A stretch of DNA of 60,949 bases, counting the filler, from Sanchytrium tribonematis (taxonomy: Eukaryota): NCBI GenBank assembly GCA_018985235.1. It is 6 parts of 6 records of this genome, joined end to end, with 100 filler letters (N's around TTAATTAATTAA, not from the genome) between each part and the next. Parts side by side here need not be neighbours in the genome. Positions count along the whole stretch, not along the records: positions 10,281 to 20,381 come from JADGIG010000306.1; positions 20,482 to 30,546 come from JADGIG010000307.1; 4 more parts are not named here. One strand, 5' to 3'. How positions within the stretch are numbered: position 1 is the first letter of the stretch; the number at the start of each line of letters is the position of its first letter. The notes below the pieces were generated by a model that was given only the letters and a program-made list of their open reading frames with translations, was not told the DNA's origin and searched no databases. Positions 12,680 to 22,908 of this stretch are shown here, piece by piece. Position numbers and translations under genes: made by a program.

Positions 12680-13741
12680 TCAATTCTGCTTTCTATTAAA
12701 TACCCATTCAATATATTCAGGCGTTTCTTGCTCGAGGTAATTAAGCCATTGATAAAAGCGGTCGTTGCCTGACAATTCTTCCTTTATCATTGATTCTAAA
12801 ATTGTTGTTTCGAAAAATTCGTCCATGTCTTTCAAGTATTTACCAAAATTTATCTGTGAACGCTCTTCAAATGCCGTGTTAGTTTCTTGCAAGAGATTTA
12901 ATTTTTTGTGATAAGTATCAAACTCGGGATGGTGCAACATTAGTCCGAGCGCTGGTGCTTTAGGAATACTGATTGTTGTATTCTCTTCGAATATCCAAGG
13001 GAAAAAGGTTTCTGCTTTCAAGTCATACCTTATAATAAACACTGCTAATGCCATCATCTTCCTTATTTGATGCAACATGAAAGATTGTCCATGAATTAAA
13101 ATTTTTAACCACTCTCCCTTTTCTGAACGCGAACCAGTAGGATATTTGAATACTGAAGGCTCTTCCACAGTTAAAGAAAGCATATGCCGTCGCGCTTTTG
13201 CGTCTGACCCTTTGACTTTGTTCGTAAAATTATGAAATTTGTGCGTTCCCTCGTAAAATTGAAGGATGTCTTTAAACTTTTGAATTATTTCTGATGTTAC
13301 CCTGTAAGAATCATTTGGTTCATCTGATTTACATAATATGTAAGTTGGCAGCCAATAAATATATCTTCTGCTACTGCAAAGATCTTTTGCGTGAAACCCT
13401 TTAGTAGTTCTGATGATGTCCCAAACTTTTATGGCTTCTGGCAGGGCAAGATTTAAGTTCACCTTGGCATCTTGAAGGTCCTCTGACTTCAAATCTAATT
13501 TGACATTTATAACTTGTCCTAGAGCATGGACTCCTTTGTCAGTTCTCGCGCATCTCATCAAATTGACTTTGCCACTGTCATTAGCATTGCATTCCGCAAT
13601 CAATCCTGCATTCGCTAGTGCTTTGAGCATTTCTTGTTCAATGGTTCTAACGCTAGTTTGAATTTGCATCCCGTAATAGTCTGTACCGCTGTATCCAAAT
13701 AAAATTGCAACTTTTATTTTTTTTGTTGATCTTTTCATCAT
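12680..13741 (-). CDS. PUS1: tRNA pseudouridine synthase, TruA/Pus1 family
   Basis: GYSGTDYYGMQ, RCARTDKGVHA, YEGTHKFHNFT, GQSFMLHQIRKM, IPKAPALGL. Confidence 0.92.
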   Translation of the reverse strand: MMKRSTKKIKVAILFGYSGTDYYGMQIQTSVRTIEQEMLKALANAGLIAECNANDSGKVNLMRCARTDKGVHALGQVINVKLDLKSEDLQDAKVNLNLALPEAIKVWDIIRTTKGFHAKDLCSSRRYIYWLPTYILCKSDEPNDSYRVTSEIIQKFKDILQFYEGTHKFHNFTNKVKGSDAKARRHMLSLTVEEPSVFKYPTGSRSEKGEWLKILIHGQSFMLHQIRKMMALAVFIIRYDLKAETFFPWIFEENTTISIPKAPALGLMLHHPEFDTYHKKLNLLQETNTAFEERSQINFGKYLKDMDEFFETTILESMIKEELSGNDRFYQWLNYLEQETPEYIEWVFNRKQN

Positions 13742-13872
13742 GTTTGTTTGATCCGCTTTTATGCATCAATTGCCCGAATCAAATCAAAATTATTTGTAGA
13801 CTTGAAATAATGTATTAAAAATTCAAGATTTAAGACCATATTTGAAACTAGTCTTGAAAAATTATATCAATC

Positions 13873-15624
13873 ATGGAAACAGTTAAAGTGATTGTAAGAG
13901 TCAGGCCTTTTAGCGTGAAAGAAAAGAGTGAAGGTCACAGTGATATTATTGGATCAAATGAAGTGGAAGCAAGTATTTCAATTACTGATCCAAAATTAAA
14001 TAACGCCCGACAATTTATATTCGACTCTGTGTTCGGTAGTGAGTCAAATCAAATGCAGGTGTATTCTTCTGCCAGACCGGTAATAATGAGTGTTCTAGAT
14101 GGTTATAATGGTACCATTTTCGCATACGGGCAAACTGGCACTGGTAAATCGTTCACAATGGAAGGCGACAGAAACAAGGCTGATCTAAGGGGCATTATAC
14201 CAAATGCATTCGAACACATATATTCTGAAATCCAAAAAAAAACAGGTGTCACTTGTTTGCTGCGTGTGTCATATTTGGAAATTTACAATGAAGAAATCAG
14301 GGATTTGTTGACAAACGCTGGCCATTTAGAAATCAAAGAGCACCCAAGTAAAGGTATTTATGTTAAGGATTTAAGTAGTGTGGTTGTCAAAAATCCTGAA
14401 GACATGTTTAAAGTTATGGAAGAGGGAAGCAAAAATAGGTCTGTTGGTGCCACGTTAATGAATGACAGATCCTCACGATCCCATTCAATTTTTCAGATAA
14501 TCATTGAGATGGAAGATAATGGAAAATTTAGGATTGGAAAACTAAGTCTAGTTGATTTGGCAGGTTCTGAACGACAAGAAAAAACCAAGGCCACTGGAGA
14601 TAGACTAAAAGAGGCTACAAAAATCAATTTATCGTTGACAACACTTGGTATTGTGATTAAACATTTAGTTGATGGAAAAAGTACACACGTTCCCTACAGA
14701 GATTCTAAGTTGACCAGACTTTTACAGGATAGTCTTGGTGGGAATTCTAAGACTTTAATGATTGCAACTTTGTCACCTGCAAGCTATAATTTTGAAGAAA
14801 GTATGTCTACATTAAGATATGCATCAAGAGCCAAGATGATTAAAAATAAGCCAAAAGTAAATGAGGATCCAAAAGACACATTACTTCGACAATTTGAGGA
14901 TGAATTGAAGCAACTAAAGAGTCAGCTCAATGAAATGGATGGACCGCCTATTGTGGAGAATTCTGGATCAAAAGACCCTTCGAAAAAGAAAAAAATAATC
15001 GATGATATTGAAAGAAAGAAAAAAGAACTTTGTGATCAAATTGAAGATCTACAAAATCAATTGGTCAAGTCGGACAATGTAGAAATTGATGCAAAAGAAC
15101 TAGAGAGATTAGAGCTTTCGAAAAAAGAAGAGCTGATTGAAGAAGAGAGAAGGAAAGAGAGAGAATTAAAGAAGCAAATACAGGCAAACTCTGACAAAAA
15201 ATTAGCAATGCAAACTAATTTCACCTCTTTAGAAGAAGAATGTCAGGTGCTAGTTAAAAAGTTGAAGCAATCCTACCATGAAGTCAAAAATTTGAAACTT
15301 GTGTTTAATGATTTGAAGGACGAATGTACAAGAGAAATTCAAGATTTGACAATCGAGTTAGAAAACCTTCAAAGAGATAATAGTGCCTGCGATAAAATAT
15401 GCTACGATTTATTTGATCCCAAGGATATCTCTTTCTTGAAAGACACTTATTCTGACTTTCTAATCGAAGATGAGAAACCGGACGAAGAGTTACAATTCGA
15501 ATATCCAACATATGAGAGTTTAATTGGAATAGGGCCAAACATAAAGACTCGTACTGTTGAGGAAAGCAAACCGGAAATTCCGATTGCAAAAGGTCTTATC
15601 AAATTTAGGAGACTATATGCTTAA
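13873..15624 (+). CDS. Kinesin-2 (KIF3/Osm-3-like) motor protein
   Basis: [53 protein letters not shown], neck [18 protein letters not shown] typical of kinesin-2, then a coiled-coil stalk. Confidence 0.92.
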   Translation: METVKVIVRVRPFSVKEKSEGHSDIIGSNEVEASISITDPKLNNARQFIFDSVFGSESNQMQVYSSARPVIMSVLDGYNGTIFAYGQTGTGKSFTMEGDRNKADLRGIIPNAFEHIYSEIQKKTGVTCLLRVSYLEIYNEEIRDLLTNAGHLEIKEHPSKGIYVKDLSSVVVKNPEDMFKVMEEGSKNRSVGATLMNDRSSRSHSIFQIIIEMEDNGKFRIGKLSLVDLAGSERQEKTKATGDRLKEATKINLSLTTLGIVIKHLVDGKSTHVPYRDSKLTRLLQDSLGGNSKTLMIATLSPASYNFEESMSTLRYASRAKMIKNKPKVNEDPKDTLLRQFEDELKQLKSQLNEMDGPPIVENSGSKDPSKKKKIIDDIERKKKELCDQIEDLQNQLVKSDNVEIDAKELERLELSKKEELIEEERRKERELKKQIQANSDKKLAMQTNFTSLEEECQVLVKKLKQSYHEVKNLKLVFNDLKDECTREIQDLTIELENLQRDNSACDKICYDLFDPKDISFLKDTYSDFLIEDEKPDEELQFEYPTYESLIGIGPNIKTRTVEESKPEIPIAKGLIKFRRLYA

Positions 15625-15641
15625 AGAAATTCTCAAATACT

Positions 15642-16673
15642 CTAAGGTCTATAAACAAATTTTTTAAACTTAAATTCCAAGTGTAAGACCTTATTTTCAA
15701 AAACACAATTGAATCCTCTTTTGTAATTTGTTTCCCATTCTTTTTTCAAAATTCGGAATCTCAAGATTGCGTAAGGCTTTGAGCTTTTAAATACAACTAT
15801 TTCGTGATCCTTGCTTTCTGAGTCTGGGGTTTTCTCATAATCCGGTACACCATCTAAATTGGGATAAAAAATTGAAAACTTGTATCCCAATATTTGAGTA
15901 TCCGGCAGGTTTTCCGAAGTAAAATTAGCTTGATTATAAGAAGACCATTCAATCCCACACAGAACTCTACAAAAATATTTGGGCTTGATTCCATTATCCG
16001 GATCCATGTCATGAATCAACATTTCGCCTTGCGTCAGCGGCATTTTTGCAATTTGCTCAATGATCCAAGGATCTTGTTCCTCATTTTCAAGCTTCATAAT
16101 TTGTATTTTTTCAATTTGATTGAAAATCAAATCGTTTAATTCATCAACATGCTCTATACCGTTTCCTTTGGCAGACAAAGTTTTTTGCAACACCCTTCCG
16201 TATCTTTCATACCTCTGATGGATAAAATCTCGTAAAACAGTTTCTGAAATCTTGAAATAGATTCTGCTTAAAACAAACTCCCAATATTCATTGTCTATAA
16301 TTCCTTTGCCATTCATCCGAAGTTTCACGGTTTTTTTTACTAATTGTAGAGATTCCATAGAGAGCTTTGCAATTTTCAATTCCACTTCTTCGGTTATTTC
16401 TTTCTCTACCGAATATTCTTTTTCGCTGTAGTACTGCTCTAGAGAAGATATAATAGTTGCATAATAGGGAAACATTTTCTTATATTGCTCAACATCTGCC
16501 AAGTTTATTTTGGATTGCTGCAATTTTGGAAGAGGAATATATTTCAGTGATTTTACCAAACTGGCATCTTCCATATAGCAAATGTGTAAAAATATTATGT
16601 CAGATAAATCATGTCGCCTTTGCTTCAGTCGCAAAATGCTTCTACCAGCATATGCTTTTCGTAAATTTTCCAT
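15642..16673 (-). CDS. Cactin-like splicing factor (shortened, divergent)
   Basis: C-terminal KPKYFCRVLCGIEWSSYNQANF..GYKFSIFYPNL..PY..FRILKKEWE..KRGF..LEFKFKK.VYR matches the Cactin C-terminal domain. Confidence 0.85.
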   Translation of the reverse strand: MENLRKAYAGRSILRLKQRRHDLSDIIFLHICYMEDASLVKSLKYIPLPKLQQSKINLADVEQYKKMFPYYATIISSLEQYYSEKEYSVEKEITEEVELKIAKLSMESLQLVKKTVKLRMNGKGIIDNEYWEFVLSRIYFKISETVLRDFIHQRYERYGRVLQKTLSAKGNGIEHVDELNDLIFNQIEKIQIMKLENEEQDPWIIEQIAKMPLTQGEMLIHDMDPDNGIKPKYFCRVLCGIEWSSYNQANFTSENLPDTQILGYKFSIFYPNLDGVPDYEKTPDSESKDHEIVVFKSSKPYAILRFRILKKEWETNYKRGFNCVFENKVLHLEFKFKKFVYRP

Positions 16674-16709
16674 GACAAAAGGAGTTTAAAAATGAGTAGG
16701 CCTATTTAA

Positions 16710-19700
16710 ATGCCATTTGCAGTCTATCCTGAAGAAATAATTCAAGAAACCTGTGATTTTGATAATGGACATGTCTTTAATATCAAGATTCAGAATCTGG
16801 GATTTATTGCGGAGGAGTATTTGATTGAAAGTACAAATCAGGAATTTAAATTAGCAACAGCAGATGCTGCCAAAATACCTCCTGGACTAGTGTACAATAC
16901 TGTAATAGAATTCGACCCTTTTATTAAAACAAATTACTTTGGAAAAATCATCGTTAAATCAAAAAGCACGAATTGATTGGTTGAGATTCCTATCAAATGT
17001 TATAGGAAAAAAATCGATATTGAGATTCCAAATTCGTACAATGTTGGGATTGTACCTGTTTGCTTTGACTATTTTATTAATTTAAAATTTAAAAATAATG
17101 AATTGAAGCCAATTCATTTGACCATCATGGAACAAAGACGGCTTGGCATAGTGTCGCAACAGATTGAGTTAAAAGCTGAGGAAACTTTGGAGTGGAATGT
17201 CAAAGTCAACTTTAAGCACCATGGGCCAATATCGGAGGAGATTTGCTTTTTTGAAAATCAGTTGCAAACTCAATACTCTATTAATATATCAGGAGCTGCA
17301 GTTGTTTTGAATGTGGAATTGTCTTCGCAAATTATTTCTTTTCCTCTTTTGGACGCAAACAAAGAAGCTCAAATTTCTGTCTGGATAAGAAACAATTCTG
17401 ATTATGTTATGCAATATCATCTAGAAGAATACCAATCAGACAAGGCTGATTTTATCAGTGAACTAGAATCCAACACACATTCAAGACAATTAGGATCGTA
17501 CTACAGACCTTGGGATACTCGATACATCGGAAAGCCTGTTTCTAAGCAGCTTTTTCTTTCTCAAAGTGATGCGATCGTATATCCACATTCTTTTGCAAGA
17601 ATTGAGGCTGTTTTTGCACCCAAAAGATGTGGACTATTCAGAAGCAATTACTTTCTCCGATGCACGGGATGCGAGTTTCCGTTCCTCATTGAAATGAATG
17701 CGGAATCAGAGGGTCCTCGGCCTGAGCTAAATATTGAGAATTCTTTTGCTTTCATCGTCGGACAAGAAAACATGCTTCCATTGGTTGTGAAAAATTTAAG
17801 TGAAAAACATGGGCTTACATTTGAAGTGACAGCTACCTCAAATTACTTTTTGAAAGTTACAAATCGATTAAATGGGTATTTAAATCCGTCTGATGTCTCA
17901 AATTCAAAATTTTATATATCTAGCGATAAAGTGGGTAAAGCAGAAATCCTTGTTTTGTTGAAGATTGAGGAATTAGATATGACGCTCAAAAAGGTTGTCG
18001 CCATACATTTTAAGCTACCTGCTTTTAGTATTTCCATACCGGACAAAATTCAAAACACTTTTCTTGAGCCAATACAAATTCCAATTTATTACAATAGTAA
18101 GAACATACAATTTTGTGCTGAACTTTTGCCTCACAAGTCCAAGATATATTTGAATTCTTTAAAAGGCCAAGACACTCTTACAATTGAATCTGTCGAAGAT
18201 CTTGGTGTCACGCTACTGGCAAACTCGAAATGGGGTGTTTTGGATAAAAAATTTATCACTATTGAAAAGTTACTGTCTAAATCTGAATTTGTGAAAACTT
18301 TAGAATATGATTCGACTTCAATTACTAAAGAGCGATATTTAAATATAGATATCATAGCATGTAACAATTATTTAAACGAGGAAAAATTGACCATTCGGAT
18401 GGTTGAAGGTCCAGTAGAGGTGGATATCAAAAGCGAAGTGTTTTATTTTTCTTCCTCAATTCAGATTCCTGTTATAATTAAGCCAATTTCTGGTGGTAAT
18501 TACATAGTTGAAATTCAAAATAGTTCTGGAGATATAATGTCAATTAAAGGTGACTTTTACTTTCCTAAAGTTGATATTATTTGCAAACACGATGACCTCA
18601 CCACATTGACAATGTCCCTATTTGAGTTTTATGGAGATTGTGACGAGATTCTCGACTGTAAGGCAGAAATCTATGTCGATAATTTCCTTGTATATAAAAG
18701 TAGCCTTCAGACTAAAGAATTGATGAAATTTTCATTTGTTTTCAAAGAATGTAGACCCCATCTGTTTCGCATTTCATATTTATGGAGAAACGAAGTAATA
18801 GGTGAATATAATGGTGTAATCCCAGTTTATGACGAACCAATACAAATTATTGGAAGCCTTGATTTTCAAAGAGTTCCGATATCTTGTAATCCCTCTAAGC
18901 TCATGTATTTTAAAAATCATGGAGAAACTTCAAGAGAAATCATTTTGAAATGCAACAATGTTCGCGTAAATTTTGAGAAAAAAAGGTTCAACCTCGAACC
19001 AGATCAATCAATCGAGGTTGCAGTTTCAATACAGGATATCGGCAAAATAGAAGAAAATGCTGTGGTATTTATAAAAAACCGAGTTTTTGCTAAGATCCCT
19101 ATTAAAGCCATAGTTTCTAATCCAAAAATCAAAATTTTATCTGATTTGAGCCTGCCAGTGCAAGCCAATTGCTTAAACTATTATAATTTATGCTTTCAAA
19201 ATATTTTTGACGAAGAGCTGCTAATTCAAATTGAATGTCAAAAAGCTTTGGAGGGGCCAAAATGGCTTAAAATAAAACCAAGCGAAAAATTGGCCTCAAC
19301 ATTAACATTTAAAGGCTCAGAATATGCAGCAGATGCAATTCAACTACTAAAAATATCCATTTCTTTTAAAAACTGCAAAATCAAGCAATTTGTCACAGTA
19401 TTGAATTCAAACTTCCCATCAATTCCATTGCTGGTGTCTCAAAATAATTTAGCTTCCGGATTGAAGCAATTGACATTTAATTCTGGCAGTATTTTAAGAA
19501 GTATAAATAATAGCTTTCCACGATCCTTTAAAGAGACCACATTCACAGATTCTCAGAGTGTATTCACGGTTATAGATCCTCAAGGCTTTAAAACCCGCTT
19601 TTCATTGAAGCAACGTCCATATTTTGAAATCTCATCTGTAAAGCAAATTGTCAAGACTATTAGATGCCCAAATTTATGTTTTGATTTATCCTTGCCTCTT

Positions 19701-20096
19701 CGACTAGATGAAGCCAGTATTTTATGCTATAAAAATGAAAACACAAATTTTAAATACTTAAATTCTAATCAACTAAAATCAAACATTTTAGTTTCTATTT
19801 TAAATCCCAAGAAAATTCTTAAAGGTTTTTTTCAATATATACTTAACGGTTACTTGGGATCTATTCCTTATAAGTTTACAATTGAACCATTGATTTTGAC
19901 GATTAATTCAACTAGAATTGAATATTTTGATGTGGAAGATGTTGAAATTGAGTGCAATTCTAAAGTTGTAAATTCAAGCAATTTCCCACTTAAGTTTGAA
20001 TATCAAGGTGCATTTGTTGATGAAATTTTAGAAGCTAAAGCCTCATTTGTGATCGGAAACAAGAATTTTCAAATTAAACAAGAAAGTGTGAAATAA
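16710..20096 (+). CDS. Hydin/DLEC1-like tandem ASH/PapD-Ig domain axonemal protein with an in-frame TGA at 16974-16976 (possible pseudogene)
   Basis: FAVYPEEII, KIPPGL..IEFDP, EIPIKCY, ISGAAVVLNVEL..IRNNSD and IVYPHSFARIEAVFAP..TGCEFPF..EGP resemble the Hydin N-terminal repeats. The two ORFs are in the same frame. Confidence 0.6.
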
Positions 20097-20119
20097 ATTT
20101 TGTAAAACTTTGTCACATA

Positions 20120-20381
20120 ATGATGTTATCAAATTTAATGAAAAGTCAAAAGAGGTTCATAACCTCTCGTTCAAACTCAAAGCGATATGCCTCACAGCCT
20201 AGTAAGCCACAATTCAATTTAAAGTGTACTGAATTGAACGATAGTGGTAAAAAGAGTAATATGCAATCCAATAAGTTGGATCTTTGTGCGAGTTTTGGAC
20301 TTCAACCAAGAGACTTGAGAAAAGTGGACTCAAGAATTAAGACTTTTCCAAGTCTTGCCGTGAGAGAAGAAGCTATCATTA
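20120..20381 (+). CDS. Mitochondrial Mg2+ transporter Mrs2/Lpe10 family, 3'-partial
   Basis: Basic presequence followed by KLDLCASFGLQPRDLRKVD..PSLAVREEAII. Confidence 0.85.
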
Positions 20382-20481
20382 NNNNNNNNNNNNNNNNNNN
20401 NNNNNNNNNNNNNNNNNNNNNNNNNTTAATTAATTAANNNNNNNNNNNNNNNNNNNNNNNNNNNNNNNNNNNNNNNNNNNN
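20382..20481. other. Artificial contig spacer
   Basis: N44-TTAATTAATTAA-N44. Confidence 0.99.
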
Positions 20482-21070
20482 AAGGGATGTCTAATCCGAA
20501 AATTTGATATTTTTTTAAATTTCGGACCTGGACATTGGGATAAAGATTTAACAGTGTGACATGATTTTCACTCAATTCGTCATAATGATAGATTTGTATA
20601 GCTTCTTGCCATCCAATTTGAATTAGTAATCGAACATTCGCCACTACCAGGTCAAAATTGTGTAGATCACACAAAATTATGACACCACGTAAGCCAGTAA
20701 CATAATTTAATTGATCTAATGACTCGAGTGATTCTTTTAGAAACTTTCGTCCTTGATAAATGATCTCTGATGGGTACTTCCAAACTTTGGGATCTGTCCA
20801 TCTCCAGGATTGTGGGTGTGGGTTGACTTGCCCTACGCTAAGTGTTCGAGAGCATTTAGTTGTCATATTGAATAAAAATTTTAATTCATTTGTCATTTCT
20901 ACGTCGATTTTTAATTTTGATGACAAATTCGGGAGCAAGATTTCTTGCTTTCCGGTTCTTTTGCTAATATTCGGAATGGATATTGTCTCGGTATTAATTC
21001 TGTATTCCGGTACTTGAAGATAAATTAATAGTATTGTGCAAACAATTATACGTTTGACTACAATTTGCAT
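20482..21070 (-). CDS. Golgi alpha-mannosyltransferase-like (GT71, MNN1/MNN2 family), 3'-partial
   Basis: Type II signal anchor, stem region, then RGVIILC..VRLLIQIG..IQIYHYDELS. Confidence 0.6.
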
Positions 21071-21093
21071 GTTTTGAAATTAGAGAATGTTTT

Positions 21094-22554
21094 TTATTTC
21101 ATGATTTCGGACATGCGTTTTTCATAGGCGGTTGTATCTAACTTTTTAGCCTCCTTTAAATAGACTGGCTTTATCAGACCGCATCCTATGCACCAGTCCA
21201 TAAAATTTATCTTTTTAAGATCGAAGATGTATTTGTAGACTATATTTTTGTAGCCCTCGTACAAGCTTATGACACTGGCTTTCGCTAGACTATTGAGTTT
21301 CGCATCAAACTCGTTTAACTTTACAAGATAAGAGTACTCTCTTGGTATTTCCAGCGAGAGTTTTTCAAATTGTATTTGCTTCTGCCCCATAGTATACTCG
21401 AATGCCTCTTGAGAGGGATCTAAACAAATGATGCACTTTCCTTTCTTATCAAATCTAGCAGTTCTGCCACCTCTGTGAAAGATGTTGGAAATGTCGCTAC
21501 TAGGTGGATCTAGTTGAATCACACAATCTACAGAGTCAAAATCGATTCCTCTTGATGTCAAATCAGTGCTAAATAGAACTTGCTTTTTCTCTGAATATTT
21601 GATAAATTGATTGTAAACTTGTTCTCTTTTATGAGACTTCATCTTTCCATGTATACCAACAAAATTAGTATCGGCAGTCGCAGAATTTGAAGTCCATTTT
21701 GTAAATAATTTTGGTAATTGCTTCTTTTTAGTGGAGTTATCAGGATCCAAGCCTGAAAGTAATTTAAACAATCTCAAAAGATAATTAACTCCGTCAGAAG
21801 AATTGACAAATACGACAATTCTGTGGGATTTCTCAAAATTTAGAAAGTTAATTAAAAACATAATTCTATCCCACGCGTTAATATAACATAGTTGGTACTT
21901 CAATTGAGATGGAGACGAAGCATTTTGGGACAATTTGGACGACTTGATTCGCACAATGTACGGATTCCTCATGGCTAACTTTTTAACAAGAGTTTGCATA
22001 AAAAAGTCATCCTTACACAAGGTTGCGGAAAAAAGTGCAGTCATCCTCTGTTTTGGAAACAGTTTAATTAAATTAGTAAATGAGACATTGAAAGTGCTGT
22101 CTACAAATCTATCCGCTTCGTCACAGATCAAAATCTCGACAATTCTAGTATTTAATTTTTTCGAAATTATAGCACTAATCAGCCGTTTGGGCGTAGCTAC
22201 AAGAATGTATTTCGTCGTTTTAGGATAAATGGGCTCTGAACCGCTAGTTATGAGCCCGCATTCAACTTCCAGCGATTTGCAATATTCTTCCAAAACACCA
22301 AAAATTTGTTTTGCTAATTCTCTAGTAGGAGCTATAATTACAGCACCGAAATGATCATCTGCTTGTACGGCAAAATGTAAGCAGGGTAAGAGAAACGCAT
22401 TTGTCTTTCCACTCCCAGTGCACGCCTCAACCAAAACATCTTTCTTGCTAATAAATTGGGGTATAGCATGTTTTTGTACCATGCTAGGTTTGTCGTGAAA
22501 TGTCTTTATCATCTTGACAACAATTGGATTCAACTTTAAATCTTCCCACTCCAT
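21094..22554 (-). CDS. DEAD-box RNA helicase, Spb4/DDX55-like
   Basis: Likely start MEWEDLKLN; DVLVEACTGSGKT, APTRELA, DEAD, SAT, RGID, HRGGRTAR. Confidence 0.85.
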   Translation of the reverse strand: MEWEDLKLNPIVVKMIKTFHDKPSMVQKHAIPQFISKKDVLVEACTGSGKTNAFLLPCLHFAVQADDHFGAVIIAPTRELAKQIFGVLEEYCKSLEVECGLITSGSEPIYPKTTKYILVATPKRLISAIISKKLNTRIVEILICDEADRFVDSTFNVSFTNLIKLFPKQRMTALFSATLCKDDFFMQTLVKKLAMRNPYIVRIKSSKLSQNASSPSQLKYQLCYINAWDRIMFLINFLNFEKSHRIVVFVNSSDGVNYLLRLFKLLSGLDPDNSTKKKQLPKLFTKWTSNSATADTNFVGIHGKMKSHKREQVYNQFIKYSEKKQVLFSTDLTSRGIDFDSVDCVIQLDPPSSDISNIFHRGGRTARFDKKGKCIICLDPSQEAFEYTMGQKQIQFEKLSLEIPREYSYLVKLNEFDAKLNSLAKASVISLYEGYKNIVYKYIFDLKKINFMDWCIGCGLIKPVYLKEAKKLDTTAYEKRMSEIMK

Positions 22555-22598
22555 TTGTTTACTCCTAAAATTTGTGGTGTTGAATACTGAAACCGAAA

Positions 22599-22895
22599 AT
22601 GAGAAAGCTTGTTCAAATGTCTTGTCTAGATGAGAATTGTGCAAGTCTGTCCATAATACATCACTACCATCTTATCCATGACCTGTATGAATCGCTAAGA
22701 GATTACGTGTCCAAAGAGTTGCAAGATATGTTGTACTCCATTTGTGATAGTCCATCTTTTTTGCATTCTAGCAAACTAAAATTGAGACTTATTGACAAAA
22801 AGATTCTTGGAGAACTCAACTCTGTTGATTTGGATGATGTTGAGCTCATGGACTTGGTCAAAAGCTTGTATGTACATTTATGTAATATTTTTTAA
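22599..22895 (+). CDS. Hypothetical small protein
   Basis: 98-aa ORF filling the space between two genes, with AATAAA at the stop. No motif recognised. Confidence 0.45.
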   Translation: MRKLVQMSCLDENCASLSIIHHYHLIHDLYESLRDYVSKELQDMLYSICDSPSFLHSSKLKLRLIDKKILGELNSVDLDDVELMDLVKSLYVHLCNIF

Positions 22896-22908
22896 TAAAT
22901 ATTTATTC

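Noticed and set aside
16953..16985. 33-nt GTTAAA...GAG intron that would remove the Hydin-like TGA
   Set aside because: It has a GAG acceptor and no match to the 19-nt consensus, and it would delete a beta strand expected from the Hydin alignment.
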